Of a stretch of 64,000 nt of DNA, positions 26,723-35,725 are shown in pieces. Position numbers and translations under genes: made by a program. Origin of the DNA: Bdellovibrionales bacterium (lineage in GTDB: Bacteria > Bdellovibrionota > Bdellovibrionia > Bdellovibrionales > JAGQZY01). Every line of letters begins with the position of its first letter. The stretch's first letter is position 1. The stretch is taken from positions 13,125 through 77,124 of the forward strand of contig JANPLN010000030.1 in assembly GCA_031426555.1 (NCBI GenBank), in the 5' to 3' direction. The notes below the pieces were generated by a model that saw only the letters and a program-made list of their open reading frames with translations, was not told the DNA's origin and ran no database searches.

Positions 26723-27330
26723 TGGAAGTCCTTTAATTTTTTTTCTTTATTGATCAAATCCACTCGCCCGGTGAGAGGGTGAATCGCCAGGGACCAGTTG
26801 AGTTTATCGCCGTCAGAAATATGAACGACGGCTTCTTCCACGCGACCTTCGGGAAAAAAATGAATATAAACCCGACCGGCGGTGTATTCTTTTTTTTGCG
26901 CGGCAATTTCCACACTTTTAAAAATCAAGCCGTTCGAAAGGGGTTGCGGACCGCCTTTGGAAAGTTCTTTGTCTGCCTCGAAGCCCGAGGGATCTTTGTC
27001 CTTGTCTTCTTCGCGCAAGTTTTCCCGGCGTCGTTTGAGCTCGTCTTGATCGTAGGTGATCAACGCGTTCCTGCTCGAAGACTCCACCCAGTAGGATTGC
27101 TTCTCTTTCGTATCCTCGGGCATGTTGATGACTAAACGGAACGTGGCATTGCGCATGCGCGCTTTGTTGCGCAAATCGCGAATCTGCGCCGCAAAGATGC
27201 GAACATCTCGGCGCATTTCCCGGCCTTCGTTTTTTCCGATTCTTTGGCTTAACAAAGCCACTGTAAGACCTACGATGGCGAGAACAATGAGGATCTCGAT
27301 AAGACTAAAGCCTTTTGAGTTTTTTCGCAC
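26719..27330 (-). CDS. gspH: Type II secretion minor pseudopilin GspH-like
   Basis: Prepilin signal SKGFSLIEILIVLAIVGLTVALLS. 203 aa, immediately downstream of gspG. Confidence 0.6.
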   Translation of the reverse strand: MRKNSKGFSLIEILIVLAIVGLTVALLSQRIGKNEGREMRRDVRIFAAQIRDLRNKARMRNATFRLVINMPEDTKEKQSYWVESSSRNALITYDQDELKRRRENLREEDKDKDPSGFEADKELSKGGPQPLSNGLIFKSVEIAAQKKEYTAGRVYIHFFPEGRVEEAVVHISDGDKLNWSLAIHPLTGRVDLINKEKKLKDFQ

Positions 27331-27346
27331 GAGACCTCAAGGTGAA

Positions 27347-27778
27347 TTAGCGTAATTTTTTGCTGGAGATATCTTCGCCGGCCGCTTCGCCCCCGGGACG
27401 CTTGTTTTTGCCGTAGCTGGTGATCTCAAAATCAGTTCCATCGGATTCATAATTCATTTTGTTCTTCCAAGCGTCTTTTGGTTCTTCTTTTGCGTAGGGA
27501 GCTGGACCCCAGGATTCACAAGCCTCGCCCGGTTTTTTTACTAGAGCGATCAAACCTTGCTCTGTGGTTGGGTAAGAGCCGCAGTCATTGTTGTAGAGCT
27601 CGAGCTGATCGATCACCTGACGCATGATAATTTCAGTTTGCTTGCGATTGGCGTTATCCTGAGCGCCGCCAACGCGAGTGGCGATCAAGGCGACGATTCC
27701 GCCGACAAGGGCAAGAACGATCAAAATTTCAATTAACGAAAAACCTTTGTTTGATAATTTAAAATTATTTTTTCTCAC
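27347..27778 (-). CDS. gspG: Type II secretion major pseudopilin GspG
   Basis: NKGFSLIEILIVLALVGGIVALIA... 143 aa with the conserved GspG body (DxWGxxxxY-type: DAWKNKMNYESDG). Confidence 0.85.
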   Translation of the reverse strand: MRKNNFKLSNKGFSLIEILIVLALVGGIVALIATRVGGAQDNANRKQTEIIMRQVIDQLELYNNDCGSYPTTEQGLIALVKKPGEACESWGPAPYAKEEPKDAWKNKMNYESDGTDFEITSYGKNKRPGGEAAGEDISSKKLR

Positions 27779-27821
27779 AATTTCTCCTCATTTATTTACA
27801 ATGACTTAACAAGTTTTCGCT

Positions 27822-29039
27822 CTACTGTACAGTATTCAGCATGTCCATCATAGGAACAAGAACTGAGATAACGATAAATCCAATGACACCCCCCATTAGG
27901 ACCGTCATGATTGGATTTAGTACAGAGGTGAGACCGTCTACTTTATTTTTCACCTGAAAATCATAGGTTTCAGCCACTTGATTAAGCATTCTTTCCAGTT
28001 CGCCAGTTTTTTCGCCGATGGCCACCATGTGAATAACAATCGGCGGAAACTGTTCCGATTTTTTTAATGGGCCGGCGATGGATTCACCCTCGCGAATATT
28101 GTCGCGAGCATCATCAATCGCTCTTGCCAGTACTGCATTATCCACCACATTGCGCACAATATCCATGGCATTGAGCATGGGAACTCCGCCAGACAGTAAA
28201 GTAGAAAGAGTGCGTGTGAAGCGCGAAACCGCGATCATGCGCGCAAGTTTTCCGACGATGGGGAGATTTAAAAGGATTCTATCCCAAATGGGGCGACCCG
28301 TGGCGGATCTTTTCCAAACCATAAAAAACGAAAAGCCGCCCACCATGCTGATGATGATTAAATACCAATAGCTCACCATAAAATCACTCATGTCGATCAC
28401 AGCCTGCGTATACCAAGGAATTTCCACGCCTTGATCAATAAGAATTGTTGTGATCGTGGGAAGAATGTAAACAAACATTCCCATCAAAATACCTATCATC
28501 GCAATAATCGTGATCACCGGTTGCATCATGGCCGATTGAACCTTAGAGCGAAGCTCGGATCGTGCCTCGGTGAATTCCGCAAGGCGAAGGAGAATCACGT
28601 CGAGAGAGCCCGACATCTCGCCGGCGCCCACCATAGAGACAAACACATTATCAAACGCCTTGGGATATTTGAGCATGGCTTTTTGCAGCGTACTTCCCTC
28701 GTTCACTTGGTTGCGGCAGTCGGCCAGCACTTCCTTCAGGTAAGGATTTTCGGATTGATCAGAAACCGCGCTTAAACAATCCACCAAGGGAATGTTGGCT
28801 TTGACCAGCGACGACAGCTGGCGAGTCATGTTGGAAATCTCGTCCACACTCACTCGGCCTGAGGTGACGCCCGAGGAGGCTTTCTTTTTTTGCTGAGCCT
28901 TCATTTTGTCGGCCAGGGTCATCACATAAACGCCGTCTTTTTTTAATTTTAAGCGGGCGTTGCGCTGGTTATCGGCATCGATGATACCTTTAACTTTAGT
29001 GCCAGCGCGGTTGACGCCCTTGTACTCGTAGACAGGCAT
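27822..29039 (-). CDS. gspF: Type II secretion inner-membrane platform protein GspF
   Basis: 405 aa. MPVYEYKGVNRAGTKVKGIIDADN... start, duplicated T2SF domains and three TM segments. Confidence 0.9.
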   Translation of the reverse strand: MPVYEYKGVNRAGTKVKGIIDADNQRNARLKLKKDGVYVMTLADKMKAQQKKKASSGVTSGRVSVDEISNMTRQLSSLVKANIPLVDCLSAVSDQSENPYLKEVLADCRNQVNEGSTLQKAMLKYPKAFDNVFVSMVGAGEMSGSLDVILLRLAEFTEARSELRSKVQSAMMQPVITIIAMIGILMGMFVYILPTITTILIDQGVEIPWYTQAVIDMSDFMVSYWYLIIISMVGGFSFFMVWKRSATGRPIWDRILLNLPIVGKLARMIAVSRFTRTLSTLLSGGVPMLNAMDIVRNVVDNAVLARAIDDARDNIREGESIAGPLKKSEQFPPIVIHMVAIGEKTGELERMLNQVAETYDFQVKNKVDGLTSVLNPIMTVLMGGVIGFIVISVLVPMMDMLNTVQ

Positions 29040-29057
29040 AAATAAACCTCAAAGTTT

Positions 29058-30749
29058 TTACAAATCCGTTTGCGTATTTGAGAGAACTTCCTCAATCGTT
29101 GTAATCCCATTGAGAACTTTTTCGATTCCATGATCGCGGAAGGTTCGCATTCCCTGTTCCACGGCCATTTTTTTAATGGCACCAGAATCTTTTCTCTGCA
29201 TCACCAGTGTACGGATCTCTTCGCTGACGATCAAGAGTTCTTGAATCAAAGTTCGGCCCAGATAGCCCTTGTAGTTGCACTTGTCGCAACCCACAGCTTT
29301 GTGGATGCGGGCGCGTTTGGCAGTTTCAAGTGGCATATCTAAATTGGCGGCATCGGCCTCACTTGGAACATGGGGCTGTTTGCAGTGGGGGCAGAGTACA
29401 CGTACGAGGCGCTGCGAGATCACGCCCAAAAGGGAGGTGGCAATCAAAAAAGGCTCGCAGCCAATGTCGGTCATGCGCGGGAAGGCTCCGGCCGCATCGT
29501 TAGTGTGAATCGTGGAGAGCACTAAGTGACCTGTGAGCGAGGAGTTGATGGCAATTTCCGCGGTTTCTAAATCGCGAATCTCCCCAATCATAATAATGTC
29601 TGGATCTTGTCGGAGAATGGCCCGCAGACCGCTTCCGAAAGTGAGGCCAATTTTAGAATTCACCTGAATCTGACCAATGCCGGGAATTCGCTGCTCCACA
29701 GGGTCTTCCACCGTGATAATGTTGGATTCGATGGAGTTGAGTTTTTGCAAACACGCATACAGCGTAGTTGATTTACCACTTCCGGTGGGGCCGGTGACAA
29801 GAATAATTCCATAGGTGCGCTGAATAAGTTCTTCGATCCGGCGCAGGTTGGCTTCGGCAAAGCCCAGTTGTTCGAGGGATAAAATCACATTGGAGCGATC
29901 TTGCAAACGCATCACCAGGCGTTCGCCAAAAGACGTAGGCACGGCGTTCAATCGGACGTCGATGTCTTTACCACCAATGCGTAACGGAATGCGACCATCC
30001 TGCGGCAATCGTTTTTCGGCGATGTTGAGGTTGCCCATCACTTTGATTCGCGAAGTGATGGCGTTTTGTAATTTTTTAGGTGGTTTATAGATGTCGTACA
30101 AAAGACCATCAATGCGAAAGCGAACGACCATTTCTTTTTCGTAAGGCTCGATGTGAATATCAGACGCTTTTTCTTTCACCGCGCGCGATAATAACGTGTT
30201 TACGAGTTTAATCACCGGCGCTTCATCGTCGGATTCTAAAAGATCGACGATAGAATCATCAAGGTCATCGCCGCCATCTTCGATTTCTTCCAGGCCATCG
30301 AGAGCCGCCGTGCCTTTCTCGTACAAGCGATTGATCGCATCGAGCAAGCGCGTTTTTGTTGTCACTAGAGGAATCACTTCTTTTTTAAACAACGTGCGAA
30401 TGTCATCAAAGGCAATAAAATTGAGGGGATTCGTAGTGTACACAAAAACCGAGTTTTTGTCTTCCTTGGCAGGGAGAATTTCTTTGTTCTTGGCGTAATT
30501 GATCGGGATGTTGCGAATCATATCCATGGGGATATCGTTAAATGGAATATCCTTTACAAATTGAAAGCCGAGTTTTTTACAAAAGTGCGCAAGGATCTCT
30601 TCACCCGTGGTCTCTTTGGTGAGCGAAAGATAAGCCTCTAAATTCACTGCGCCATCCACCGGAGAGTCGAGGAGAGCGCGAATCTGCTGTTCGCTCAGCG
30701 AAGTGACTTTTCCTAAAATACTTTCGTAATTAACATCGGTGACGGCCAT
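29058..30749 (-). CDS. gspE: Type II secretion ATPase GspE
   Basis: Walker A (LVTGPTGSGKSTT), Asp/His boxes, and the tetracysteine motif CPHC...CDKC. Confidence 0.92.
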   Translation of the reverse strand: MAVTDVNYESILGKVTSLSEQQIRALLDSPVDGAVNLEAYLSLTKETTGEEILAHFCKKLGFQFVKDIPFNDIPMDMIRNIPINYAKNKEILPAKEDKNSVFVYTTNPLNFIAFDDIRTLFKKEVIPLVTTKTRLLDAINRLYEKGTAALDGLEEIEDGGDDLDDSIVDLLESDDEAPVIKLVNTLLSRAVKEKASDIHIEPYEKEMVVRFRIDGLLYDIYKPPKKLQNAITSRIKVMGNLNIAEKRLPQDGRIPLRIGGKDIDVRLNAVPTSFGERLVMRLQDRSNVILSLEQLGFAEANLRRIEELIQRTYGIILVTGPTGSGKSTTLYACLQKLNSIESNIITVEDPVEQRIPGIGQIQVNSKIGLTFGSGLRAILRQDPDIIMIGEIRDLETAEIAINSSLTGHLVLSTIHTNDAAGAFPRMTDIGCEPFLIATSLLGVISQRLVRVLCPHCKQPHVPSEADAANLDMPLETAKRARIHKAVGCDKCNYKGYLGRTLIQELLIVSEEIRTLVMQRKDSGAIKKMAVEQGMRTFRDHGIEKVLNGITTIEEVLSNTQTDL

Positions 30750-33247
30750 TAGTTTTCGCTCTCATCTTCCAGAGGCAGAGCCCCTTCCAGTTCGTCGATA
30801 GAAATATCTTCATCTTGGCGGGGCGCTGGCGACTCCGCTGGTGGGAGATCTTGGTCTTCCAATTTAAATTCGTCAACGGCGTTGGCAAATTTGCCGACCG
30901 GTTCCAGATTTTCACCAAAGGGATCACGGCCGTTGAGATTGCGCTTCACCCAGTTGATACGCTCATCGTATTTGTTCTTGGTCAGTTTGCGATGATCTTC
31001 TGAGTTGCGAATAATTCGCGGCGATAAAAAGACCATGAGGTTGGTTTTAAAACGACTGGCTTTTCGGCCCTTAAATAACCAACCTAGCACGGGAATGTCG
31101 CCAAGAAAAGGGACCTTCTTTTCATCGAGCCTATCAGTGTCTTGAATTAAACCTCCGAGAACGGCGACATCGCCGCTTTTGAGGGTGAGATTGGTTTTTA
31201 AAGTTCTCTTTTTAATTCCCTGGGTTGCATCTCTTAACTGCTGCGCCGATGGAATTTTTGTACTTACATCAAATGCCTTTTGCTCGATGTTCAATGTGAC
31301 TATATCGGAGTCAGGGCTAATAAAGGGTTTAATCTTTAGTAGAATTGTTGCGTCTGCGAACTGCACTTGCTGCTGGGCCACGCCAGCGGCGGTGGGAGCT
31401 GCGTTGATCGCCAACGGAATTTGATCCCCCACTTCAATGTAAGATTCTTCATTGTCCATGGCCATAATCTGCGGTGTCGAAAGTACGTTGGTATTGAGGT
31501 TGGTTTTTAAAAACTGAATAAAACCCAAAAGGTTCGGGATGGTTGCCACCGTACCGCCGATGTTTACGGATACTTTGTCTCCGCTTCCAAAACCGAGAAT
31601 TCCACCAGAAGCGCCAATATCCTGAAGGCTGCTAATCTCACCTGTAATATATCCCGCGCGTGCCACCGAGTTCGCACCGGCATTGGCCGTGTTGGTATCG
31701 GATTCGCTAAACTTTAAGACGTTCATGCTCCACGTGTCGGACTTTTGCGCATCCATTTCTACGATATACGCTTCGACATAGACTTGATCTTTTGGAATGT
31801 CGATTTTCTCAAGCAATGAGGTCACCGTGCTGTAATCCTGCTTGTTGGCCGTGATGATCAAGCTGTTGGTGTTTTCGTCAGCCTTGATAATCACATCGCC
31901 GCCAAAAAGATTTTGTTTGGCTTTGGGAGCTTGGAACGTGGCAGGGTTGTTGGCATCGGATGCTGGCGTCGACGTGGAGGCTTTCTTTTCCTGCTCCTGG
32001 GCAATGCCATTGAGTGTATCAGCAATTTTTTTCGCTTCACCGTGTTTGACGTAATAAACATAAATACCACCGGCATCGGCTGGATCCAGCGGATAATCGA
32101 GTTGCTTCACCAGTTTCAGAATTCGCTCAATACCTTCGCTGTTGCCAACAACGATGATGGAATTGGTGCGTTCGTCGGGAGTCACCAAGGAAAGTGACTC
32201 GTTCTTTTCCTGAGCTCCAAAGCGCGAAGCGGGACGAAACGTGTTTTTCTTTTTGTCTTCGCCTTTGTTAATAATCTTATCAACGAGCTCGGCAACGTCT
32301 TTCGCCTTGGCGTGTTTAATGGGAATCAATTGCAAACGCTCTTCAAAGCCAGGCTTGTCCAGCTCTTCGAGAACCTGAGTGATTTTACTCACGTTGGATC
32401 CAAGATCAGTAACAATCAACGAGTTGGTTTTTTCGTAAGGAATCACTTGGCCGGCTTTGGATTTAATAATCTTCTCAAAAGTCTTCGATGCGTCGTCTGC
32501 GCTTAAAAATTTCAAACGAATGATCTTGGTGATCAACTGATCGCCGTCTGGATAGTAGGCGCCGCTGTAAATATCAAGGGCTCCGGTTTTGGCTTCGTCG
32601 AGTTTTTGAATTTTCAAAAACTTTCCCGACGGCACCACAGTGAGTCCGTTCATCGATAGCGATGACAAAAATGTCTGCCATGCTTCGGCCACGGTGATGG
32701 GGCCTGGAGAAATAATGGTGATTTTTCCGTTGAGATTCTGTTCAAAGATAAAACGTTTTCCAGTGAGGCGAGCAATGGCATTCACCACATCGGCAATCGG
32801 AGCATCTTTGTAATCGAAGCTCGCGACGGTGTCGGGAAAGTTTTCGTTGTGGATGTCTTCGGGCTGAGCATCCATAAATGGCATTTTGCCTTTGACTCCT
32901 GTCGTGGGAATGTTTGTTGGTGCCACAGGCGCACCAGCAGAATTGGTGTTGTTGGAAAAGTCGCCGGAATTTGCGGCCTTGTTGTTAAACCTTGAAGGGG
33001 CGGTGTTGCCGCCATTAAAACGGCCACCAGAGCGGAATCGCGAGGGACCAGGGCCCGGAGGGGGAGGCGTGTTATTAAAATTATTATCTCCTTCAAACCC
33101 TTCATCTCCTGGCGGAGGCGGGGCGGGAATTTCCTCGGCTTCTTCGAGAAGTTCGGTATCGTCTTCGAACTCTCCCTGTGCTTGAATCTTTTGCACGGAC
33201 AGGGTCGTGAAGAACAAAACAAAAACGACCAAAAACTTCTGTATCAT
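30749..33247 (-). CDS. gspD: Type II secretion secretin GspD
   Basis: Start at ATG 33247 (AGAGG upstream) gives signal peptide MIQKFLVVFVLFFTTLSVQKIQA. A long P/G/N-rich linker precedes the N0-N3 domains. Secretin block NVLSTPQIMAMDNEES...VPFLGDIPVLGWLFK. The ORF extension to 33343 runs into hairpin C. Confidence 0.9.
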   Translation of the reverse strand: MIQKFLVVFVLFFTTLSVQKIQAQGEFEDDTELLEEAEEIPAPPPPGDEGFEGDNNFNNTPPPPGPGPSRFRSGGRFNGGNTAPSRFNNKAANSGDFSNNTNSAGAPVAPTNIPTTGVKGKMPFMDAQPEDIHNENFPDTVASFDYKDAPIADVVNAIARLTGKRFIFEQNLNGKITIISPGPITVAEAWQTFLSSLSMNGLTVVPSGKFLKIQKLDEAKTGALDIYSGAYYPDGDQLITKIIRLKFLSADDASKTFEKIIKSKAGQVIPYEKTNSLIVTDLGSNVSKITQVLEELDKPGFEERLQLIPIKHAKAKDVAELVDKIINKGEDKKKNTFRPASRFGAQEKNESLSLVTPDERTNSIIVVGNSEGIERILKLVKQLDYPLDPADAGGIYVYYVKHGEAKKIADTLNGIAQEQEKKASTSTPASDANNPATFQAPKAKQNLFGGDVIIKADENTNSLIITANKQDYSTVTSLLEKIDIPKDQVYVEAYIVEMDAQKSDTWSMNVLKFSESDTNTANAGANSVARAGYITGEISSLQDIGASGGILGFGSGDKVSVNIGGTVATIPNLLGFIQFLKTNLNTNVLSTPQIMAMDNEESYIEVGDQIPLAINAAPTAAGVAQQQVQFADATILLKIKPFISPDSDIVTLNIEQKAFDVSTKIPSAQQLRDATQGIKKRTLKTNLTLKSGDVAVLGGLIQDTDRLDEKKVPFLGDIPVLGWLFKGRKASRFKTNLMVFLSPRIIRNSEDHRKLTKNKYDERINWVKRNLNGRDPFGENLEPVGKFANAVDEFKLEDQDLPPAESPAPRQDEDISIDELEGALPLEDESEN

Positions 33248-33272
33248 GAAGGTACCTCTCTGTTGGACTCTC

Positions 33273-33431
33273 GGGTGTATCCTCAATTTGGCAAGTCCAT
33301 AGAACGAATGATTTCGAGCTGACTCTTCGTTACTTCTCCTCACGTTAGCGTTTCACTACCGTTTCGTCGTCGCGCCTCGATTCAGCTCGAAATCATTCGT
33401 TCTATGGACTTGCCAAATTAAGGATACACCC
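33273..33431. repeat. Giant hairpin C: 50-bp stem, 59-nt loop
   Basis: 33273-33322 pairs with 33382-33431 (position sum 66704), with one mismatch (33284/33420). It begins 26 nt upstream of the gspD ATG, in the gspD/gspC divergent intergenic region. Confidence 0.95.
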
Positions 33432-33498
33432 TATTAAACCTTAAAAAAATAGAGAGCTTAAGCACGAACTCACCGAATGACCTTTAGCGGGGCCTAGG

Positions 33499-33569
33499 TC
33501 GAGTCCAATAAGACTCGACCCCAAAAAGACGCGAGTCCAATAGGACTCGACCCCAAAAAGACGCGAGTC
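33499..33569 (+). repeat. Tandem 32-bp repeat (2.2 units) of the hairpin-core motif
   Basis: GAGTCCAATA[A/G]GACTCGACCCCAAAAAGACGC occurs at 33501-33532 and 33533-33564, then GAGTC. Each unit holds a 7-bp mini-hairpin (CGAGTCC...GGACTCG) and the AAGACGCG motif. Confidence 0.9.
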
Positions 33570-33670
33570 AAAAAAACTAACACAGCAATTCAGTGCGAAT
33601 TTTCTCGCACAAGGTCGAGATGACAAAAGGGGAGGTCCTCTTTTGCTAAACATTTGTTACTCTGTTCCTT

Positions 33671-34579
33671 ATGAGAATTCCTTTGCTGTCCGCATTGATC
33701 GAAAAAATACGCGCTAACGAACGCCCCCCTTTCGAAAAATTCTATATTCTCGTGTTTATCGTATTTGTAGGCTTTCTCGTCGGCGATCTGGTCACTCTTT
33801 ACGTGCGGCAGTATCTGTTGCCAACAACCGTGCCTCCCAAAAAAATAACCAGCATGCAAAACCGCGCCGCCCGCTCCTACAACTATCCCGACATCATCAC
33901 TTACAATATTTTTAATTCGGATCACAAGATACCTCCGTCACTGGCCCAGCTGGAGGGCGGAATGACTCCCGACGGTGCGCCTCGCCTGAGTCAGTTGCCG
34001 CTGGATTTGATCGGCACCATTGTTCATGCCAACTCCAAGCGCTCTCTTGCCACCATCGTTCAACGGGGGCAAAACCTCGTAGAACCCTATTCGGTGGGTC
34101 AGACCATTGCTGGTCTGGCCGAAGTGAAAGAGATTTTGCGCGAGAAAGTGATTTTTCGAAATCTGCAGACTCAGGGTCTCGAATACATCGAAATCCCCCA
34201 CGAAGATAAAATTTTGTTATCCACCGAAAAGGGCCCCACCGTGGCCGCTCCGCAAACCCAGGACAAGACAGAGTTCAAATTAAAGCGCGAGGAGATCAAT
34301 GGAGCCCTCGAGCGTTTGCCAGAACTCCTTCAACAAGCTCGTGTCGTTCCTGAAATGGGGCCCGATGGCCAGGTGAAGGGCTATTGCATGGTCGAAATGC
34401 AGCCTGGCAGTTTGTACGAAAAATTAGGTCTGCGCATCGGCGATTGCATTCGCACGGTGAATGGCGAGCCAATCAATAGTCCGCAAAAAGGGATGCAGAT
34501 GTTTCAGGAGTTGCGCAACGCTCCTCGAGTGGAAATCGGCACTGATCGTGCGCAGTTGAAGTACGACATCGAAAATTGA
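33671..34579 (+). CDS. gspC: Type II secretion protein GspC (PDZ-containing)
   Basis: N-terminal TM (FYILVFIVFVGFLVGDLV), an HR-like middle region, and a C-terminal PDZ-like block (LGLRIGDCIRTVNGEPINSPQKGMQMF). Divergent from gspD. Confidence 0.7.
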   Translation: MRIPLLSALIEKIRANERPPFEKFYILVFIVFVGFLVGDLVTLYVRQYLLPTTVPPKKITSMQNRAARSYNYPDIITYNIFNSDHKIPPSLAQLEGGMTPDGAPRLSQLPLDLIGTIVHANSKRSLATIVQRGQNLVEPYSVGQTIAGLAEVKEILREKVIFRNLQTQGLEYIEIPHEDKILLSTEKGPTVAAPQTQDKTEFKLKREEINGALERLPELLQQARVVPEMGPDGQVKGYCMVEMQPGSLYEKLGLRIGDCIRTVNGEPINSPQKGMQMFQELRNAPRVEIGTDRAQLKYDIEN

Positions 34580-34748
34580 AGTACGAAATCGGATAAGGCT
34601 GCGGGATTTAGCAGCAATGCTGCACCCAAGTCTAAAAAGATTACCTAGCCGTTTGTAAATTATCGGGATTCCCAATTGGAACCACCTCAGCTATCACTTC
34701 AGTCGGGGTTACGAGACAATTAGGGTTAGGGTTAGTTTACAGAGGGGA

Positions 34749-35438
34749 ATGGGGATGAGCACTGTATTAATGTTTACAGGTCGCAGTGGGGTAGATCAGT
34801 TAGAGTTTCGTCAGCAGTTGTTGCGGGTTCCAGAAGTGTCGATCACTCTGAAAACGGCGCAAGCAATTCTCGAAGCCAGCCAGCACAAAGAAGCAAAAGA
34901 GCTTATGAGCTTGGCGCACTACGAAACAAACGAATATTTATCTGCCGGTCTTTGGCGAGATTTCTTAGCGCAATTGATGCAAATCGGTCTTTATCGTCGT
35001 TACGAAAAATTATCAGCCCGACCACAATATATAATCGGCGACTCTGGCGAATGCTCAGCTTCAGCTGTGTGTTTAGGAGCCATGACTCTCGAAGAGTACG
35101 TGGGGCGCTTTTTGGAGCAGCTCGAAAAACGAAACGCCGAAGAACAATCCAAGGAATTTTTAGTTGGTCACCGTTTAGAAAGTGCAAAAATTTACGAGCG
35201 CACGTTTGAAGGCTACGTCGTTAAATCCGAAGGCAAAGATCTCTGGAGTTTGTTTGATGATCTTCGCAAAGATCATTTGATCGACCAGATAGTCACCCTG
35301 GGCACAGCACCAAGTAACAACTGGCACATCGAGCAGGATCTCGGCATGGTGGAATCGGTTGTGATGGATCCTTTGCTCAGCTGGATGCTACCTTACTTGC
35401 GTTCTAGCACTGTGCCGCTGAATGTGGCTTACGGATAG
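34749..35438 (+). CDS. Hypothetical protein with remote resemblance to the N-terminal half of malonyl-CoA:ACP transacylase (FabD/AT fold)
   Basis: By eye: VLMFTGRSGVDQ matches FabD FVFPGQGSQ, and YIIGDSGECSASAVCLGAMTLEEYV matches FabD MAGHSLGEYSALVCAGVIDFADAV. It is only 229 aa and the GHSxG nucleophile elbow is altered (GDSGE). Confidence 0.3.
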   Translation: MGMSTVLMFTGRSGVDQLEFRQQLLRVPEVSITLKTAQAILEASQHKEAKELMSLAHYETNEYLSAGLWRDFLAQLMQIGLYRRYEKLSARPQYIIGDSGECSASAVCLGAMTLEEYVGRFLEQLEKRNAEEQSKEFLVGHRLESAKIYERTFEGYVVKSEGKDLWSLFDDLRKDHLIDQIVTLGTAPSNNWHIEQDLGMVESVVMDPLLSWMLPYLRSSTVPLNVAYG

Positions 35439-35444
35439 ACTGCG

Positions 35445-35581
35445 ATTTTTAACTTTTAGATACAATTTTTTTAGAACCTCCCTTTTAAGACGCGCCCATC
35501 CATGGACTCAGTTGCCCCCGTCCGGGTCGCAAAGGTCTTAAAAGGGAGGTTCTAAAAAAATTGTATCTAAAAGTTAAAAAT
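35445..35581. repeat. Giant hairpin D: perfect 47-bp stem, 43-nt loop, flanked by 7-bp direct repeat
   Basis: 35445-35491 pairs with 35535-35581 (position sum 71026) with no mismatch. The loop carries AAGACGCGCCCATCCATGGACTCAG. GACTGCG occurs at 35438-35444 and again at 35582-35588. Confidence 0.95.
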
Positions 35582-35725
35582 GACTGCGTTTGCTTAGCAA
35601 ACTTAGACTACTGCCGAAGCGGAAGTACTTGCGCGTTGGAAATTATTTCGAATCTTCCAATTCTGCCAAGAGACTTCATGGAAGTTCCAAATGTCCAATG
35701 ACTCACGTCCACGAATGTATCCTAA

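Noticed and set aside
33248-33343. A 32-codon extension of the gspD ORF.
   Set aside because: It is generated by read-through into the left arm of hairpin C. ATG 33247 has an SD and yields a proper signal peptide.
33499-33569. The tandem 32-bp repeats could be a mini-CRISPR array.
   Set aside because: The units are directly adjacent with no spacers, there are only about 2.2 copies, and no cas genes are in the window.
34720-34735. A telomere-like sequence, TTAGGGTTAGGGTTAG, lies upstream of gene 34749.
   Set aside because: It has only 2.7 units inside an ordinary intergenic region of a bacterial gene cluster. It is most simply a chance short tandem repeat. No other telomere, prophage-end or linear-replicon features were seen.
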